Shown one piece after another: positions 29,154-38,766 of a stretch of 64,000 nucleotides of DNA. The translations under genes and the position numbers were made by a program. The DNA is from a bacterium. Its GTDB lineage: Bacteria > Muiribacteriota > UBA6191. Below the pieces are notes generated by a model that was not told where the DNA came from, did not search any database, and worked only from the letters and a program-made list of their open reading frames with translations. Within the stretch, counting starts at the first letter, position 1, and each line of letters begins with the position of its first letter. Location of the stretch: NCBI GenBank assembly GCA_036339875.1, contig JAYZAC010000095.1, forward strand, positions 14,226-78,225, given 5' to 3'.

Positions 29154-29922
29154 GATCGCTCTTCCTCTCCTCGATGAGCTTGCCCATCTTGTACTTATTC
29201 AACAACTTCTTCTGACTCTCGTCCAATGGATATTGGTACCATAAATCCGGACGCTTCTCAGCAGTCTTCTTTGCTGACTCCAGAAATCTCCATTCGGAAA
29301 TCAATTTATGATTACCCGATAATAACACTTCCGGTACCTCATACCCTCTATATTCTGCTGGCCTAGTGTAAACCGGTGCTCCTAAAAGCCCCGCATAGTG
29401 ACTGTCCGAACTGATACTTTCGTAATCCGATACTGCCCCAGGCAACAATCTCGCAAGTGAATCGATAATTACGAGTGCAGGTAACTCGCCCCCGCTGAGT
29501 ACGTAATCGCCAATACTAATTGTCCCGTCGATATACTCACGTACTCGTTCATCAATTCCCTTGAAGTGACCACACAACAATATAATGTGACTCTCTTTTG
29601 CCAATTCAAGTGCGAGCCGCTGATTATACACACAACCATCTGCTCCTGTCATCAATACTTTTTGTTCGGAGGTTTTTTTTTCTGGATCACAACCCAGCAA
29701 GTCGCGTAGGCATTCGTAGAATGGTTCAACACCTAGAACCATACCTGCTCCACCACCATAAGGATTATCATCCACACTACAATGCCTATCCCTTCCATAC
29801 TTTCGAAGAGACACCAACTTGATCTGAAGAGCACCCGCTTTCTGAGCGTTTTTTACTATGCTACTCTGAAGTACATCATAAAAATTACCGGGAAATAAAG
29901 TGACGACATCAATTTTCAACAA
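29128..29922 (-). CDS. trmD: tRNA (guanine-N1)-methyltransferase
   Basis: [46 protein letters not shown]. Confidence 0.98.
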   Translation of the reverse strand: MLKIDVVTLFPGNFYDVLQSSIVKNAQKAGALQIKLVSLRKYGRDRHCSVDDNPYGGGAGMVLGVEPFYECLRDLLGCDPEKKTSEQKVLMTGADGCVYNQRLALELAKESHIILLCGHFKGIDERVREYIDGTISIGDYVLSGGELPALVIIDSLARLLPGAVSDYESISSDSHYAGLLGAPVYTRPAEYRGYEVPEVLLSGNHKLISEWRFLESAKKTAEKRPDLWYQYPLDESQKKLLNKYKMGKLIEERKSDHGFDPAVK

Positions 29923-29941
29923 TTAGCACTCCCTAAGAAAA

Positions 29942-30475
29942 CTAAATTACAGATAATGGCGTGAATTGATCAGACAGGATAATACGACCTGACTCTAAAT
30001 CAACCTCATCCACTAATGCCCTGACAAAAGGTACCAGAGTCTCTTTGCGACCCTTTATAACCTGCATTACTGGATTTGACGGATACTCCTCTAAACGCTT
30101 AACAACACCTAGCACACTACCAGTTGAAGTGATAACCTGAAGACCAAGCAATTCATCAGCATAAAAATCACCATCTTCCAACTCTAGTCTATCTAATTCT
30201 GGAGGAAGAAACAGGTAGACATTACGAATGTGCTGCACCGATTCAACTCCGTCATAACCCTCAAATTTGATTAAAACATCTTCACCATGCCAGCGACTGT
30301 CTTGGATAACTAATTGCTTACCAACCTGCTCATTATCCAACCCAAGAATTATTGTGTCTCCCGGTGCAAACCTTTCATCAATAAATTCCGTCAATGGTGT
30401 AACTTTGATGTACCCATGCAATCCATGAGGCTTCCTCGCAAAACCAACCTTGATTGATTGTTTATTCTTGGCCAT
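29942..30475 (-). CDS. rimM: 16S rRNA processing protein RimM
   Basis: PHGLHG, FY..EL.GL.V, LVPFV; sits between ylqD and trmD. Confidence 0.95.
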   Translation of the reverse strand: MAKNKQSIKVGFARKPHGLHGYIKVTPLTEFIDERFAPGDTIILGLDNEQVGKQLVIQDSRWHGEDVLIKFEGYDGVESVQHIRNVYLFLPPELDRLELEDGDFYADELLGLQVITSTGSVLGVVKRLEEYPSNPVMQVIKGRKETLVPFVRALVDEVDLESGRIILSDQFTPLSVI

Positions 30476-30484
30476 CAGTACAAG

Positions 30485-30913
30485 CTATAGCTTAACTTCA
30501 GTCTTACGTAATTGCTGGACAACGCCATCATCCAATACAACTTCGACACCAGTCATCACAGCATGCCAGTTATCGCCAATTTGAACTTCAACGGGGGAAT
30601 CAACTGTTCCATGAACAAATTCCTCGCCAAGTTTCAATTGACCAAGCTCAGCCAACTTCTGCTCCATCTGCCGCCGAGTACCTTTGAAGCGCTCTTCCTC
30701 CATAGCCATCTTTTTCATTATTTCATAGTCGGGCTTTACATCCTTTTCACGACATTGTGCGATGTAACCATCACGATGTTCTTGAAAACGAACATAATCC
30801 CCTTCCATGGAATCTATCTGACCACGAGTTTCGGTAGACAAAATATTAATAAGTTTTTCAGTTACGATAGATTTAACAACTACTTTGCGAATTACTCGAA
30901 TAGCTTCACTCAT
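30485..30913 (-). CDS. ylqD: YlqD family protein
   Basis: R.VVVK.IVTE, coiled coil, L.LGEE...GTVDS.VEV..GDNW, V..DDGVV; position between khpA and rimM as in Bacillus. Confidence 0.85.
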   Translation of the reverse strand: MSEAIRVIRKVVVKSIVTEKLINILSTETRGQIDSMEGDYVRFQEHRDGYIAQCREKDVKPDYEIMKKMAMEEERFKGTRRQMEQKLAELGQLKLGEEFVHGTVDSPVEVQIGDNWHAVMTGVEVVLDDGVVQQLRKTEVKL

Positions 30914-31140
30914 GAAAGAACCTCAATTACAACTTTCTTGTCATTCTTATTTAATGATGAGCGCACCAAATCACGAAGTGCATTGATAACTTTACCCTGC
31001 TTGCCAATGACTCTACCAAGATCATCTTTGGCCACAGCGATTTCCAAAATTGTGGTTGTTTCACCATCTATCTGCTTGATATCCAAATTGTCCGGAGCGT
31101 CTACCAAATTGGAGAGCACGAAACGAACTAACTCAACCAT
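30910..31140 (-). CDS. khpA: KH-domain RNA-binding protein KhpA (YlqC)
   Basis: LVD.PD, DLGRVIGKQGKVINALR. Start set at ATG 31140 after GAGGA. Confidence 0.93.
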   Translation of the reverse strand: MVELVRFVLSNLVDAPDNLDIKQIDGETTTILEIAVAKDDLGRVIGKQGKVINALRDLVRSSLNKNDKKVVIEVLS

Positions 31141-31141
31141 A

Positions 31142-31393
31142 TTAATCCTCTTGTTCAAGAACCTTATTCTTCTTGACGAAATTGCTTACGGTATCACTCA
31201 TTACAGCACCTTTATCTAAATAGTGCTTCAAGCGATCTACTTTAACTTCAAATTTAGGCGTTTTTGCACAAGGATGATAATAACCAATTTCCTCGATATT
31301 ACGTCCATCACGTTTATTTTTTCGTTCTGCTGCAACAATACGATAGTGCGGACTACGCTTTGCACCGCCACGCTTTAGTCGAACTACGACCAT
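31142..31393 (-). CDS. rpsP: 30S ribosomal protein S16
   Basis: VRLKRGG, YRIVAA, RDG..IE.IG.Y.P, GA..SDTV. Confidence 0.98.
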   Translation of the reverse strand: MVVVRLKRGGAKRSPHYRIVAAERKNKRDGRNIEEIGYYHPCAKTPKFEVKVDRLKHYLDKGAVMSDTVSNFVKKNKVLEQED

Positions 31394-31401
31394 AATTCCT
31401 C

Positions 31402-32745
31402 CTAGATTTTAAATGGCAACCCACCCCCGCCCAAAAGTTTGGTCGGGTTTAACATTCCCATCTTCTTAAATTGTTTCATCATTTGTTTCATTTGCTCAAA
31501 CTGTCTGATCAGCTGATTAATTTGCTGAACATCTGTTCCCGAGCCTCTGGCAATTCGTCGACGACGAGATGCATTAAGCACCTCTGGATTATAACGCTCC
31601 TCGATAGTCATTGATCGGATTATCGCTAGTGTTCGTTTCATTTCATCACCAACTCCTCCGAACTGACCCTTAAACTGAGCCATACCAGGGATCATCTTCA
31701 ATAACTCCTCTAGCGGACCCATTTTGTTCATCATCTCTAATTGTTCCAAAAAATCAACGAGATTAAACTGCCCGCTGCCCATACGTCTTTGCATACGCTT
31801 TGCTTTAGACTCATCCATTACGCCACTGGCTTTCTCGATAAGACCCATTACATCGCCCATGCCCAGAATTCTTTGTGCCATACGCTCCGGATCAAACAAC
31901 TCTAAGCCATCTAACTTTTCACCGATCCCAATAAACTTGATAGGTTTAGCGATCGTCTCTCTTATGGAAAGTGCGGCTCCACCCCTAGCGTCTCCATCAA
32001 TTTTACTCAAAATCACGCCAGTTAAACCAAGACGTTGATCAAACGCTTGAGAAACTCGAACTGCTTCTTGGCCAGTCATAGCGTCGATTACCAATAAAAT
32101 TTCTTGTGGTTTAACTTCATCCTTAAGACGTTCCAACTCACCCATGAGGTTATCATCTATCTGAAGACGGCCAGCAGTATCAACTATGACCAACTGGTGC
32201 CCATCAGCCTTAGCTCTTTCGATACCAGCCATTGCTATTTGCACGGGGTCGCTATCTGTACCTTGCTCGTAGAAACCAGCTTGCACCTGTTTAGCCACAG
32301 TCTCTAACTGTTGAACTGCGGCAGGTCGGTAGATATCACATGCTACTAACAGAGGTTTATGTTTGGCATATCGTTTAGCTAGTTTACCTGTAGTAGTTGT
32401 TTTTCCAGAGCCCTGCAAGCCAACCATTAGAATTTTATTAAGACGCCCGTTTTCTATGGCTAAATCTTCAGGGGTTTTCCCCATAACCTCTACCAGCTTC
32501 TCGTGAACTAACTTAATAAATTGTTTTCCAGGGTCAAGATTTGAATCAACCTCACTACCCAAAACTTGGTCTCTTATTGAGCTTACGAAGGACTTAACAA
32601 TTTTCATGTTAACGTCAGCTTCCAATAAAGCCATCTTAACTTCGCGAAGAGCTTCCTTGATATTATCTTCGGTAAGCTTGCCCTGACCTTGCAAATTTCG
32701 CAAAGTTCCTTGCAACCGATCAGATAAATTACCGAATACTTCCAT
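31402..32745 (-). CDS. ffh: Signal recognition particle protein Ffh
   Basis: ALLEADV, GLQGSGKTTT, DTAGR, DGDARGG, Met-rich M domain, SRRRRIARGSG. Confidence 0.99.
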   Translation of the reverse strand: MEVFGNLSDRLQGTLRNLQGQGKLTEDNIKEALREVKMALLEADVNMKIVKSFVSSIRDQVLGSEVDSNLDPGKQFIKLVHEKLVEVMGKTPEDLAIENGRLNKILMVGLQGSGKTTTTGKLAKRYAKHKPLLVACDIYRPAAVQQLETVAKQVQAGFYEQGTDSDPVQIAMAGIERAKADGHQLVIVDTAGRLQIDDNLMGELERLKDEVKPQEILLVIDAMTGQEAVRVSQAFDQRLGLTGVILSKIDGDARGGAALSIRETIAKPIKFIGIGEKLDGLELFDPERMAQRILGMGDVMGLIEKASGVMDESKAKRMQRRMGSGQFNLVDFLEQLEMMNKMGPLEELLKMIPGMAQFKGQFGGVGDEMKRTLAIIRSMTIEERYNPEVLNASRRRRIARGSGTDVQQINQLIRQFEQMKQMMKQFKKMGMLNPTKLLGGGGLPFKI

Positions 32746-32850
32746 TTTTATATCTCAAATTAACCAAATTTAATGTACAGCAAACAAACGCCGACAGCGA
32801 TAGCCGGGCGAATATAGAGCGAGGAAGATTACCAGATGAAAAATATAGAG

Positions 32851-34287
32851 TCAATGTTTATTAGTGTTTGAACTCAATAGTTTCTCAAACTCTACGGTTT
32901 CCAACATAGACTTGAAGCAAGCATTAGAGCGTGCCATCTGGATATATTTTTCATCTCCATCAACAGCACACTTAAGATTTCTTATCGCAAGCTTAAATTT
33001 TCCCATCAGCGAGTATATGGATGCACGATAATAATAAAGTACAGGTAAATTCTTAAACTTCTTCAAACCTAGATTAACAGTTTTCAATGCTTCTTCGAAC
33101 TCACCACGACCCATGTAGAAGAGAAATAAACTATGGTAAAGATTGATATTTTTAGGCCTAACTTTTTGTAATGAATCTAAAGCCTCATGAATGAGATCGC
33201 ATCGATGTGCTGATTCGAGATACAACAAAAAAAGATCGACTGAATCTCCCTTTAGATCGAGAGATCTTTTAAGATTTTCATATGCTAAAGTATTTTTGTT
33301 TAGCTCCAAAAGAACTCGACCTAGCTGATAATAGCACTGAGACATTTCATCTATATCAGAAGCTAATTTTAAGGCACCACGAAAACTGGAACGAGCAAGT
33401 CTTAATCGAGAATTCTGCAAATGACATCTACCTAAATTAAACAAAGCCTCGAATGTTTCTTCAATTTTCAAAGATTGAGATAAATAAGACTGAGCAGCAT
33501 CTAGCCTACCTGATTCTAAATACATTAAACCCATATTATTTAATACAGTTGGGTCTTCGGGAATTAGTTGTAATACTTTGCGATAGGTTCCGTGAGCTCT
33601 CTCTAGCTGTCCCATTTTATATTGACAACTTGCTAGAGACATTAATACATCGATTAAATCCTCTTCTTCCTCTAAATTAGGAATCATCTTTTGGTAACAA
33701 TCGATAGCCTCTAAAAACTTATTCATATCTTCAAGAACTTGCGCTTTACCTAAATTTGCTTCAAAGAATTCAGGACTAGTTTTCAAGCATTGATCAAAAT
33801 AAAATAATGCCTTTTCGAATTCACCTAACTGATGCAAGATCTCACCTAAATAATTATGAATTCTAGGAGAACCTTTTCCTAACTTAAACAAAACTAGAAA
33901 GGATTCGCGAGCCTCTTCTAACTCTCCCATAGCATAATGTAGTAGTCCCAAACGCTCAATCCCAAGTGGATCATGTGGATTCATCGAGAATACTTTTTTT
34001 ATAAAAAATTCGGCTTCATCCCATCTTTCTTGAATCAGAAGTAAGTAACCTAAATCCGAATATGCAGCACAGTTTGTTGGATCTAATTTGATGGAAGTTT
34101 GAAATGCCACAATAGCCTCTTCCATCCACTCCATCCTGAAGCAGGTATAAGCTTTTAGATAAAAATAAATGGAATCATTTTGAAAACTTGCTTCATGGTC
34201 TTGTATCCAATCCCAAGCTTCCTCGAATAACTCACAATCAATCAACTCTTGAAGTTTTTCAAGATCAGCACTCACGTTTTGCCTCAT
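32851..34287 (-). CDS. Tetratricopeptide repeat protein
   Basis: Serial TPR units with a capping C-terminal repeat (YY.ASIYSL.G...AI..L..A). Confidence 0.9.
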   Translation of the reverse strand: MRQNVSADLEKLQELIDCELFEEAWDWIQDHEASFQNDSIYFYLKAYTCFRMEWMEEAIVAFQTSIKLDPTNCAAYSDLGYLLLIQERWDEAEFFIKKVFSMNPHDPLGIERLGLLHYAMGELEEARESFLVLFKLGKGSPRIHNYLGEILHQLGEFEKALFYFDQCLKTSPEFFEANLGKAQVLEDMNKFLEAIDCYQKMIPNLEEEEDLIDVLMSLASCQYKMGQLERAHGTYRKVLQLIPEDPTVLNNMGLMYLESGRLDAAQSYLSQSLKIEETFEALFNLGRCHLQNSRLRLARSSFRGALKLASDIDEMSQCYYQLGRVLLELNKNTLAYENLKRSLDLKGDSVDLFLLYLESAHRCDLIHEALDSLQKVRPKNINLYHSLFLFYMGRGEFEEALKTVNLGLKKFKNLPVLYYYRASIYSLMGKFKLAIRNLKCAVDGDEKYIQMARSNACFKSMLETVEFEKLLSSNTNKH

Positions 34288-35068
34288 CCCACAAAACTTT
34301 TTTCTGTTTGTAACTTGCTGTCTTCAAATCTAACTTCTTAGACTCTACTTTCGCCTCTAAGCATTCCCACCGTTTTCGAAACTTATTCAATGACAATTGA
34401 GTCAGCTCTTCGGGTGAGTACCCATGCTCGACGGCTGCTGAGTAAAGTGCCATGAAAATATCCGCAAATTCTTCACGCTGTCTTTCGGAGCTTTCCTCCA
34501 GAACACTGTGGCGAAATTCTCGCAATTCTTCGTCCACCTTACTAAGAGAATCCTCAGGGCTTTCGAATCTAAATCCAGCTGACTTAACCTCTTGGTAGAT
34601 TTTTTCAACTTTTTGAAGGGATGGTAGCGCCCTATATTTTTCGAAAAGACTTGAAGATGACTTCGATGATTTTTCTTTGGCTTTGATATCACGCCAACTT
34701 GTCTGGGGACAATAATCTTTCTGATCAAAATCGGGCTCGAACACGTGTGGATGTCTACGAATAATTTTATCCGAAATCTTGCGAGCCACAGTCTCCAGAT
34801 TGATTCGACCTAAACTACTTTCTTCAAGCAATTGAGCGTGCAAATATATCTGCAGCAGAACATCGCCAAGCTCTTCCTCCATACCCTCTGGATTTGAGTG
34901 ATCTACTTCTTCTAAAAATTCATATACTTCCTCTAAAAAGTATTTCTTAAGACTGTCATGATTTTGTTTCAAATCCCATGGGCAACCAGTCTCCGGATCT
35001 CTCAATCTTGCCACAATCTTTCGAAATCTCTGTAGTTCACTACTCTGGGGCGCTACGGAATCATTCAT
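34265..35068 (-). CDS. mazG: Nucleoside triphosphate pyrophosphohydrolase MazG
   Basis: LRDP..GCPWD..Q, EE.YE, EELGDVLLQ, K.IRRHPHVF; second domain KV.EE..E..EEFAD. Confidence 0.93.
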   Translation of the reverse strand: MNDSVAPQSSELQRFRKIVARLRDPETGCPWDLKQNHDSLKKYFLEEVYEFLEEVDHSNPEGMEEELGDVLLQIYLHAQLLEESSLGRINLETVARKISDKIIRRHPHVFEPDFDQKDYCPQTSWRDIKAKEKSSKSSSSLFEKYRALPSLQKVEKIYQEVKSAGFRFESPEDSLSKVDEELREFRHSVLEESSERQREEFADIFMALYSAAVEHGYSPEELTQLSLNKFRKRWECLEAKVESKKLDLKTASYKQKKVLWDEAKREC

Positions 35069-36461
35069 CTAGAACCTTAGCCGCAGAGGCTTTGCTTTTG
35101 CGAGAAGCCACTACAGAATGCTTAGAAGTTTTTACCGACTTCTTAGTTTCTACACTAAACTTCAAGTCATCCTTTTTTCGATCATAGCCGATTCTTATTC
35201 CGTCGCCCTTCTTGAATGTGGAGCTTAAAATCATTTCAGCCAGAGGATTTTCCAAGGATTTTTGGATAGCTCTCCTCAGAGGTCTTGCTCCATATTTTTC
35301 ATTAGTGCCCTGCTCTACTAGACACTGCTTAGCGCGTTTGGTTAAGCTCATGTTAAGACCAAGCTTTTTTAATCTATCCTGAACTTCCTTGAGCATAATA
35401 TCGATGATTTCTAAATTATCATTCATATCCAACGCTCGGAACAAAACTACCTCATCAATTCGGTTTAGAAATTCTGGTGGAAAGATCTTTTCTAGTGCTT
35501 TTCGCGTTTCACGATTCTTTACCTTATCATCAATTTCTTCCTTACTTCCCCCAAAACCGATTGCTGAACCCATTTGATCTATCTTATCAACTCCAATATT
35601 CGAAGTGAGAATTATAAGTGATTGATTAAAAGTCACTACCTGACCCTTACTATCAGTCAAGCGCCCCTCATCTAAAATTTGTAAAAGTAAATTGTGAACT
35701 TTACGATGAGCCTTCTCGATTTCATCAAAAACAACAATTGATTCAGGCTGTTTTTTAATAGCTTCGGTTAAGAAGCCACCATCATTATGACCAATATACC
35801 CAGGTGGAGCACCAATCAATTTTGCGTATTCGTGAGACATCGCGTACTCACTACAGTCAACTCTAATTAAATCTTGTGTACCGAATAAATATTTACTCAA
35901 AGCTTTACCAAGCTCGGTTTTACCGACACCAGTTTGACCAACGAAAATGAAAGAACCAATTGGCCGGTTAGGACTTTTTAGTCCTACTTTCGCTTTTCTC
36001 ACAGCTTGCGAAACCACTTTTATAGGCTCATTTTGCCCAACTACAAAACGCCTTAATTCATTTTCCATATCAAGATATCGCTCATCAGCTAAATTTTCTT
36101 TGGTGCTATCTGTGGCATCCAATAGCGGTAATCCCTCATCACCATCCATCAAAATAGTAATCTCTTTAATATCTAATGATGGATTAACCTTGATACATAG
36201 ATTGTATAGCTCCTGCTCGATAATATCTCCCAATAGAGGATAATCGCCCGAATTGAAAATACTCGGTGCAATTTCGTTAATATAATTCACCACAGAAGCA
36301 TTAATAATTAATCTTTTGTAAGATTTCTTATCAGTAATCTTCGCGTTCTTGAAAAGGTCCCGCTGCTGAGCAGGCGAAAAAGACCTAATCGCCACGAAAC
36401 GATCTAGACTTTCACAAAACTTCATTTTGATATTACCCGAAATGTTGTTGGAGGAACTCAT
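35061..36461 (-). CDS. Clp/Hsp100-family ATPase with a single (D2) AAA+ module and unrecognised N-terminal domain
   Basis: VGQ..., RPIGSFIFVGQTGVGKT, D.SEY, LIGAPPGYIG, FDEIEKAH, IGF loop, PEFLNRID, GARPLRR; no D1 Walker motifs. Start ATG 36461 or GTG 36470. Confidence 0.9.
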   Translation of the reverse strand: MSSSNNISGNIKMKFCESLDRFVAIRSFSPAQQRDLFKNAKITDKKSYKRLIINASVVNYINEIAPSIFNSGDYPLLGDIIEQELYNLCIKVNPSLDIKEITILMDGDEGLPLLDATDSTKENLADERYLDMENELRRFVVGQNEPIKVVSQAVRKAKVGLKSPNRPIGSFIFVGQTGVGKTELGKALSKYLFGTQDLIRVDCSEYAMSHEYAKLIGAPPGYIGHNDGGFLTEAIKKQPESIVVFDEIEKAHRKVHNLLLQILDEGRLTDSKGQVVTFNQSLIILTSNIGVDKIDQMGSAIGFGGSKEEIDDKVKNRETRKALEKIFPPEFLNRIDEVVLFRALDMNDNLEIIDIMLKEVQDRLKKLGLNMSLTKRAKQCLVEQGTNEKYGARPLRRAIQKSLENPLAEMILSSTFKKGDGIRIGYDRKKDDLKFSVETKKSVKTSKHSVVASRKSKASAAKVLDE

Positions 36462-36613
36462 TGTACTCACCTTGTCCGCATTTGTTTAATTTGGTCTTGC
36501 CTTAAACATTTTATCGACCAAATCAAGGGATTTGTTCGCTCTATCTCACTATTTATTTTACCACAGACCAAGTTTTCTTCCTCTTTTGGTAACTCGTAAT
36601 AGGATCGAATAAC

Positions 36614-36642
36614 TTGATCACAAACCTCAAGATCCATATACT
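36614..36642 (+). promoter_or_regulatory. Sigma70-type promoter candidate for trmL
   Basis: TTGATC-17 bp-TATACT, followed by AAGGA RBS and ATG 36668. Confidence 0.6.
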
Positions 36643-36667
36643 CAGCAGGTTTCAAAAGGAATTAATA

Positions 36668-37171
36668 ATGGAATCTATCTTAACAGGACTAGAGTCTGCC
36701 AAACTCTTGAATGAGGACCTTAGTATCGCCCTATTTCAACCCGAAATTCCTGGTAATGTAGGCTCCATTGCTCGCTCATGTGTCGCTACTGATACACCGC
36801 TCATAATTGTAGGTCCGATACCTTTCCAAATAACACATTCAAGATTGAAACGAGCAGGCTTAGATTACTGGCAACATCTAAAATGGTGCTATATGGATAC
36901 ACAAAAACAGTTCTTTGAACTTTTTGGAGAACAGAGACTTGTTCTGACAAGCGTTAGAGGAGATCAACCATACCATGAGTTTCAGTATCAAAAAGGGGAT
37001 ATTATAGTTTTTGGGAGAGAAACGCGAGGTCTCGACGAAACACTCATCAATGATCCTAAGCACAAAAGCATTTTTATTCCAATGTGGGGTAAAACGCGCA
37101 GCCTTAATATAGCAAATTCAGCTACCACAATATTGTATGAAGCTCACAGGAAATTTGGATTCCCTGAATGA
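36668..37171 (+). CDS. trmL: tRNA (cytidine/uridine-2'-O)-methyltransferase TrmL
   Basis: PEIPGNVG.IARSC, LKRAGLDYW, FGRETRGL, IPM...RSLN.ANS. Confidence 0.95.
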   Translation: MESILTGLESAKLLNEDLSIALFQPEIPGNVGSIARSCVATDTPLIIVGPIPFQITHSRLKRAGLDYWQHLKWCYMDTQKQFFELFGEQRLVLTSVRGDQPYHEFQYQKGDIIVFGRETRGLDETLINDPKHKSIFIPMWGKTRSLNIANSATTILYEAHRKFGFPE

Positions 37172-37198
37172 TTTAGAATTAGTCCACACTCACAATCA

Positions 37199-38161
37199 TT
37201 AAATAGTTTTATATTTACTGAACAAAGCGGAAACCGACGTTCCCTCATGAATTCGCCGAATTGCTTTAGATAGTAATTTACCTATACTTAAAACCTTAAT
37301 TCGACTGGGATCATAATCTCCCCGAATAGATATAGTATTCGTAACTATAACTTGAGCTAACTTAGAACTAGAAAGCTTCTCGATAGCATTCGCAGAAAAA
37401 ACTGGATGAGTACATGCGGCATAAACTTTGGTAGCACCCGCTTCCATGAGGGCATTTACACTATTTACAATTGAACCGCCTGTATCGATTTCGTCATCAA
37501 CCAGAATTGCAACTTTATCTTTTACATCTCCAATAATTCCATAGACAGCAGATCTATCCTTATTACCATCACGTTTTTTATCGATTATAGCCAAATCAGC
37601 TTCAAGAGCCCATGAGAAGGCTCGGGCCCTCTTAGCACCTCCAGCATCAGGAGATACCACAACCATATTTTCAAGTTTCAATGACTTTATATAGTCACAA
37701 ATTACAGGCAGAGCGATCAATTGATCTACTGGCAAAGTAAAAAACCCCATCACCTGTTCAGAGTGCAAATCGATAGCAATTATACGATCAACCCCTGCCG
37801 CCGTTACTAGATCTGCTAGTAGTCTCGCTGTTATTGAAATTCTCGGCTGATCCTTCTTGTCTGAGCGTGCATAATAGTAATAAGGCATTACCGCCGTAAC
37901 TCTTCTCGCAGAAGCACGTTTTAATGCGTCAATCATTATGAGCATTTCCATAACATCATCGTTGACATTCTCACCTATGGTATGGATCACAAAACAGTCC
38001 ATGTCACGTACATTTTCTTCAATTTTGACAAAGCTATTGGTGTTTTTAAACTTGAAGGTACTAGATCGACCTGGCTCAATATCTAGTCTTTCGCATACCT
38101 CATGAGCCAACTCACTGCCATATCGACCATAAAAAACTTTGAGTCTGTCTAAATACGCCAT
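37199..38161 (-). CDS. prs: Ribose-phosphate pyrophosphokinase
   Basis: PYYYYARSDKK, DLH, VSPDAGG, VDDEIDTGGS, SVSALF. Confidence 0.97.
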   Translation of the reverse strand: MAYLDRLKVFYGRYGSELAHEVCERLDIEPGRSSTFKFKNTNSFVKIEENVRDMDCFVIHTIGENVNDDVMEMLIMIDALKRASARRVTAVMPYYYYARSDKKDQPRISITARLLADLVTAAGVDRIIAIDLHSEQVMGFFTLPVDQLIALPVICDYIKSLKLENMVVVSPDAGGAKRARAFSWALEADLAIIDKKRDGNKDRSAVYGIIGDVKDKVAILVDDEIDTGGSIVNSVNALMEAGATKVYAACTHPVFSANAIEKLSSSKLAQVIVTNTISIRGDYDPSRIKVLSIGKLLSKAIRRIHEGTSVSALFSKYKTI

Positions 38162-38183
38162 TTTATAGCCCCTTACAGAAACC

Positions 38184-38561
38184 CTACTTATCCTTATCTT
38201 TGGGTGTCACATCAATCTCATCATCTTCTGAACTCTTCTTTTGTTCCTGCATCTGATAAGCTGCATTGATCTCTTCCTGTAAATTTTTCATTCGGTCTTG
38301 AATATCCTCAATAAAGGAGACTTTAGCACTTAATTTCTCCACAATTTTTTCTGCTGATAGGCTTTGAGATACAGATGAAAAATAATCCTGACCAATTTCT
38401 GTAAATACTTTAAGCTGCTCTTCACTTAACTCACTCAGATGATTTTTGAGCTTGTGAAGCTCTAATTGAAAGTGAATACTATCTTTGATTTCACCCGAGC
38501 GGGTCTCGACTTCATCCAAAGTTTTATTAAGACTATTTTTGACCTTATTCCACAAGTCCAT
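38184..38561 (-). CDS. Hypothetical coiled-coil protein
   Basis: 125 aa, GGAGAG RBS, helical heptad character. Confidence 0.75.
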   Translation of the reverse strand: MDLWNKVKNSLNKTLDEVETRSGEIKDSIHFQLELHKLKNHLSELSEEQLKVFTEIGQDYFSSVSQSLSAEKIVEKLSAKVSFIEDIQDRMKNLQEEINAAYQMQEQKKSSEDDEIDVTPKDKDK

Positions 38562-38766
38562 GAACTCTCCAAAGGATTAAAGCTGCCAAGTAACCAATTT
38601 ACAATCCTTGCGGGCTCCAACTATATAACAGGAGTCCCTAGAAACAGAAACTATTTTTGACATTTTTAACTCCTATCAGTAGGACTCAAAAAGGTTTGGC
38701 GAATATCGCACACATCGGTGTAAACTGGTGAACTTTATCCTCAGTTAACTACTCAAAAGGTTATTA

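Noticed and set aside
30512..31219. 235-aa plus-strand ORF
   Set aside because: Antisense to the conserved ylqD, khpA and rpsP genes; no motif.
34265..36470. mazG plus Clp ATPase as a prophage or defence island
   Set aside because: No integrase, structural genes, att repeats or obvious composition shift; MazG is the ordinary two-domain type within housekeeping context.
36467..36655. 62-aa minus-strand ORF upstream of the Clp ATPase, considered as a possible adaptor
   Set aside because: TTG start with no clear RBS, and it spans the divergent promoter region including the trmL -35/-10 candidate. It cannot be fully excluded.
38562..38766. T-box or attenuator leader upstream of pheS (and similarly glyQS)
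   Set aside because: No T-box consensus (GGTGG.ACC) or terminator seen; the glyQS promoter candidate is too close to the ATG to allow one.
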